DNA of 63,080 bases, counting the filler, from Chiloscyllium plagiosum (taxonomy: Eukaryota), in assembly GCF_004010195.1 (NCBI RefSeq). It is 4 parts of one record of this genome, joined end to end, with 100 filler letters (N's around TTAATTAATTAA, not from the genome) between each part and the next. Parts side by side here need not be neighbours in the genome. Positions count along the whole stretch, not along the records: positions 59,170 to 63,080 come from NC_057711.1; 3 more parts are not named here. The stretch is one strand, 5' to 3'. The notes under the pieces are model-generated. The model searched no databases. It saw nothing but the letters and a program-made list of their open reading frames with translations, and was not told the DNA's origin. How positions within the stretch are numbered: the stretch's first letter is position 1; each line of letters starts with the position of its first letter. This document shows positions 59,894 to 63,080 of this stretch, in pieces. The translations under genes were made by a program, and so were the position numbers.

Positions 59894-61329
59894 GCAATTT
59901 GGAAAGATGGACTGTGAGGCTCTTCAACAGCTCGACATAGGGATTGAGAAAGCAGTGGATATTTTGGTGGTCTTAAAAGTGGACAAATCCCCAGGTCCAG
60001 ATGAGTTGTATCCCATCTACTGCAGGAGACGAGAGAGAAAATTACTGGGGCAGCCAAGCTTAATTCTACTGAATAGATCACCATACGTGACTAGAACCTC
60101 TATTCATCCTGGGTCCCTTTTCTTCCTTAAAGACATAACCTAATCCCAGTCTTTACAAATGACCCTTCTTTGGATCAAGAGGTCCTCCAAGGTTGGCTCA
60201 TATTCTGGAGGACAATTTGCTTCGATTCTGCCCATAGTGTGGCCAGATTCTTAAAAAGTAGGTCAGCCTGGCAGTAACATTATTGCTGTGGGATGGCTAT
60301 ATAAAATGTCTATGTAAGGCAACATTTACCAGTCGATAACTGTTAAGATTAGCTTGGGATTCTTTTTGAATTATCCAGTCCCAGTTGTTATATATGGAGA
60401 CATTCATCCAGGTCAGCTGAATGTTTCAACTGAACAATTTGAAAGTTATCAGAAAGGGAAAAATAAATTTTGATTTTTAACTCCCACTTTTTATTGTGAG
60501 GATGAGAGTTACAATCTCCACTTTACCAGCAATATTAAGTCAGCTTTTATATATTTGAGGAAATATACAAATGAATCTATCAAAAATATGATTATTATAA
60601 GCAACAAATTGAAAAAATATATGCAACATAATATTCACACGCATCAAATTCATGTTGTTGACCAGACAACCTGTATGTACATGCTTCTCTTATTTCTGTC
60701 AATATTTTTTTAAAAAATACTTTTTGGATATAAACACTGTTGGCAAGGCTAGAATTTATTATCCCTAATTGTCATTGAGAAGGTGATGGTGAGCTGCCTT
60801 CTTGAATCACTGCAATCTCTGTAGTGTAGGTATTCTCACTCTGTTGGTGAAGGAATTCCAGGATTTTGAGACAGTAACAGAGAAGGAATGGCAATACAGC
60901 TCTAAGATAAGAAGCTGTGTGGTTTTTGAGAGTGCAAAAATCTTGTGAAGAAACAGCAAGATTTAGAAACAGAACTGCTACTCAGTCTATTAAAACATTG
61001 ACTCTCTTGTTCTCTCTCCAGACTCGCGCTGCTGATTCATGAATATTGTAGCCTTAAGTGGACAAAACACCCAATGCAATTCTCAATACACTACATCCCT
61101 GTCTTTTCTAAATAAGCATATTGCAATTGACTATTTACAAAAGGGTTACAATCAATTCAATTCATAATATTATTACATATTTTAAGTTCTCTATTAATTT
61201 AATAATGTGCTCTTTCATGTACAACGCAATAAAAGATTTGTTCAGCAACTGAAAATAGTTTCATTTGTAATATATCACTGAAGTATGCGTGGATATTTTC
61301 TCTCATGAGTACTCTATTATCTGACATCA

Positions 61330-62869
61330 AGTGTTATCTCATTTGATTCATGTCTCTTTATCTGAACTGTCAGTTTCAGAATCAGATTCAATGCTTGTGA
61401 ATAATGTTTTCAGTGCTTTGAAGAATAAAGCATTTTGTGTGATGATTTGTAGACCACACTTAGCAGTAATCATTAATCCTGTGGTGTTGGCCATAATAAA
61501 TGAATTGGTGTCAGATGAGTTTGTCTGCTTTTCAACATACCCATCACTTTTCACAAGCAATTTATCTCCCGGCTTTAATCATATAAGTCTGAATTTCTTT
61601 TTTCACCCAGCATTACTTTAATTTGAACTTTCTGTTCTCAAATGCATTTGTGGGCATGTTGATCATTCACTCTGCAAGGAAATTCATGAAGTGCAAAGAT
61701 ATGAGTTGCAATTTTCCCTCTAAGACACAAGGCATCCTGACTTGGAACTATATTGGCACTCCTTTATTGTCACCAGGTTAAAATAGTGGAACTCTCTTCC
61801 TAATACTTACACCTCAAGGATTGCCATGCTTCAAGAAGGCAGTTCACCACAGTCATCACAAGGATAATTAAGGACGTTATTGATATGCAGAGGAATTGGA
61901 ATGTGATTGCAATTACAAATGAATGTGCTGTTATGTGGAAACTAGTTCTAATGTATTTGAAAGACAAGTCTTCAAATGTCCTGACCATTTTCAGTGCTTT
62001 GTCACTGATGTAAGGGAAGATAGCTGTCTTCAAGGATCTGGTGGAATGGGGCAATCCTCTAGTTTATTCAACACGTTTGTCTCCCATTACTCTGACAGAA
62101 GCCCATGGATCTAAGAGAGTGTCTACTTTGCGTAGTCAATAGCCACTGTCATATGTGGCTGCTTGCTGTAACTGAAAGAGGGCCCAGATGTATATTCAGT
62201 GTCATCAGCCACTACATGTTTTTGCTGTGTTACATTTAATTCACCTGTTGATTTTAGGAGTTGACTCTGTTATTGAGAAAAACAAGCAGGAGCAAAGCAT
62301 TTGAGTTTTCCACAAGCTTTATATTGTTTGACAATAGCAGGACATTAGCACTGCTACAAAGGAAATATAATTTACATAAGTCACAACTCCACTTAGGAGA
62401 TGTGTTGTTGCTTGTTGGCACATGAGTAATGAATAGTGTTAACAGAAGTTGAATTTGGAGTGTGATAGATACTATTGGCAGCCTGAACTTCAGTAGGGCT
62501 GGACTCTGAAAGTGATAGCAATCTTGCTAACTCTAGCAGCTCTGGCAGCTTTATGTCTTTCTTGATTTCTTTCCAGCATCGCTGACAGGAGTGACAAGTT
62601 TTGATTTTTGATTTTCCATTCAACATATTTAACATCACTGAAATCAAATTTCGCTTCTGGTTACCCCAAGCACATGAAATATTGATCAATTATCTCACCT
62701 GCTTCTTGGTCAGTAAGTCTGACGACAATTGTTCTTTATTTTGTATTTATCTTAGATGTGAAATAAGTCATTAGTACATTTTTTTTAGCTGAGTCATAGT
62801 TATTTTGTTCAAGTAAATGTGTCTCAAGCATATCTTCCAATTTTTCACCTCCACAGAATAGAAATGAGA
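61330..62869 (-). mobile_element. Ancient decayed Gypsy/Ty3 LTR-retrotransposon relic (gag, protease, integrase C-terminus)
   Basis: Manual translation: FCGGEKLEDMLET...YDSAKK..YFTSKIN...QEAGEIIDQY (gag); IKLPELLELARLLSLSE; decayed CCHC PAIVKQYKACGKLKCFA; LDPWAS and IFPYISDKAL (protease); KPGDKLLVK...GLMITA...TQNALFFK (integrase C-terminus). Many stops and frameshifts. Confidence 0.65.
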
Positions 62870-63080
62870 CATAGAACATAGAACATAGAAGAATACAGCG
62901 CAGTACAGGCCCTTTGGCCCTCGATGTTGCGCCGATCCAAGCCCACCTAACCTATACTAACCCACTATCCTCCATATACCTATCCAATGCCCGCTTAAAT
63001 GCCCATAAAGAGGGAGAGTCCACCACTGCTACTGGCAGGGCATTCCATGAACTTACGACTCGCTGAGTGAAGAACCTAAC
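62870..63080 (-). mobile_element. CR1 LINE 3' end with (catagaa)n tail
   Basis: catagaacatagaacatagaagaatacagcgcagtacaggcccttt. Confidence 0.85.

Noticed and set aside
61348..62689. Exons of a neighbouring host gene such as ANKRD31
   Set aside because: Adjacent frames contain stops and frameshifts, and the motif order fits Gypsy gag-pro-IN.

Overview
Vertebrate genomic DNA, most likely a shark or other elasmobranch, judged from HE1-type SINEs and HER1/CR1-type LINEs. It is repeat-rich and has five assembly gaps, three of them artificial 100-bp N-TTAATTAATTAA-N spacers. The only host gene I can support is a run of + strand exons of a FAM169A-like gene: 2566-2737, 3903-4082, 10059-10187 and probably one from about 12082. 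The rest is CR1-clade LINE fragments, tRNA-derived SINEs, a Rex1-like fragment, a Tigger-like MITE, a decayed Gypsy relic, Penelope-like (PLE) RT and GIY-YIG fragments, and two large tandem arrays (about 7.9 kb with a CTGTTG core; about 4.2 kb with a 44-bp G-rich unit). Most long ORFs in the track are artefacts of these arrays or of N runs. The most interesting signal is a set of at least 15 short insertions from four families with different sequences. Each carries a minimal type I hammerhead-ribozyme motif (CUGANGA, one extra nucleotide, stem II, GAAA, palindromic stem III, NUH) whose stems co-vary between families. They occur as monomers, head-to-head palindromes and tandem dimers, several with target-site duplications, and one is attached to a PLE endonuclease tail. 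PLE-associated minimal hammerheads are known in general; whether these families have been described I cannot tell without a search.
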